A DNA stretch of 64,000 nucleotides from positions 62,001 through 126,000 of the forward strand of contig NIVC01002839.1 in the NCBI GenBank assembly GCA_002269645.1, in the 5' to 3' direction. Every line of letters begins with the position of its first letter. The first letter of the stretch is position 1. The position numbers were made by a program, and so were the translations under genes. This document shows, piece by piece, positions 63,791-64,000 of this stretch. The notes beneath the pieces are model-generated. The model was given only the letters and a program-made list of their open reading frames with translations. It was not told where the DNA came from and made no database searches. Source of the stretch: Macrostomum lignano. Its lineage: Eukaryota.

Positions 63791-64000
63791 ATCACAGCTT
63801 TTAGTATAATTATCCACTTAATTGACTTTTACTGGCTATCGTCAAATCATATTTTTTGTTTTGAGGCGTTGAAAGTCAAAATTAATATTTTGCTTTTGAT
63901 AACTGATTTAACTTGTTTTAGTCAATATCTAGTGAAAAAAATGTACTTTAGAACGCGTGAAATGGTGTATCACATTGAAAAAGATTGATAACATTTATGA

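Overview
Eukaryotic (animal) genomic DNA, inferred to be flatworm: the 14-3-3 N-terminus is flatworm-like and the GC-rich exons with satellite-filled introns resemble Macrostomum (inference, not a database result). Recognisable host genes are 14-3-3 (partial), CCDC153/DRC12, a C-type lectin, a divergent importin-alpha, DNAJC10/ERdj5, GLOD4, a G-protein gamma subunit and a PAGR1-like gene with a Q/H-rich exon. Mobile DNA comprises a 9.06-kb Ty3/Gypsy LTR retrotransposon inserted in the lectin ORF, a Crypton-type tyrosine-recombinase element bracketed by nested hairpins beside a decayed THAP gene, a 1.1-kb TIR element carrying a spliced PHD-finger gene, a 115-bp MITE, a foldback element and dispersed repeats. 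About 25 micro/minisatellites account for most long ORFs in the supplied track. The most unusual observations are tRNA-Leu primer-binding-site copies inside the LTRs, the hairpin architecture of the recombinase element, an importin-alpha with no visible IBB and a tetrapeptide tail, and tandem arrays built from TCF, IR3 and AP-1 motifs upstream of GLOD4. Many frameshifts are single-base losses, often in short homopolymers, and may be assembly errors. No rRNA, complete tRNA gene or CRISPR array was found.
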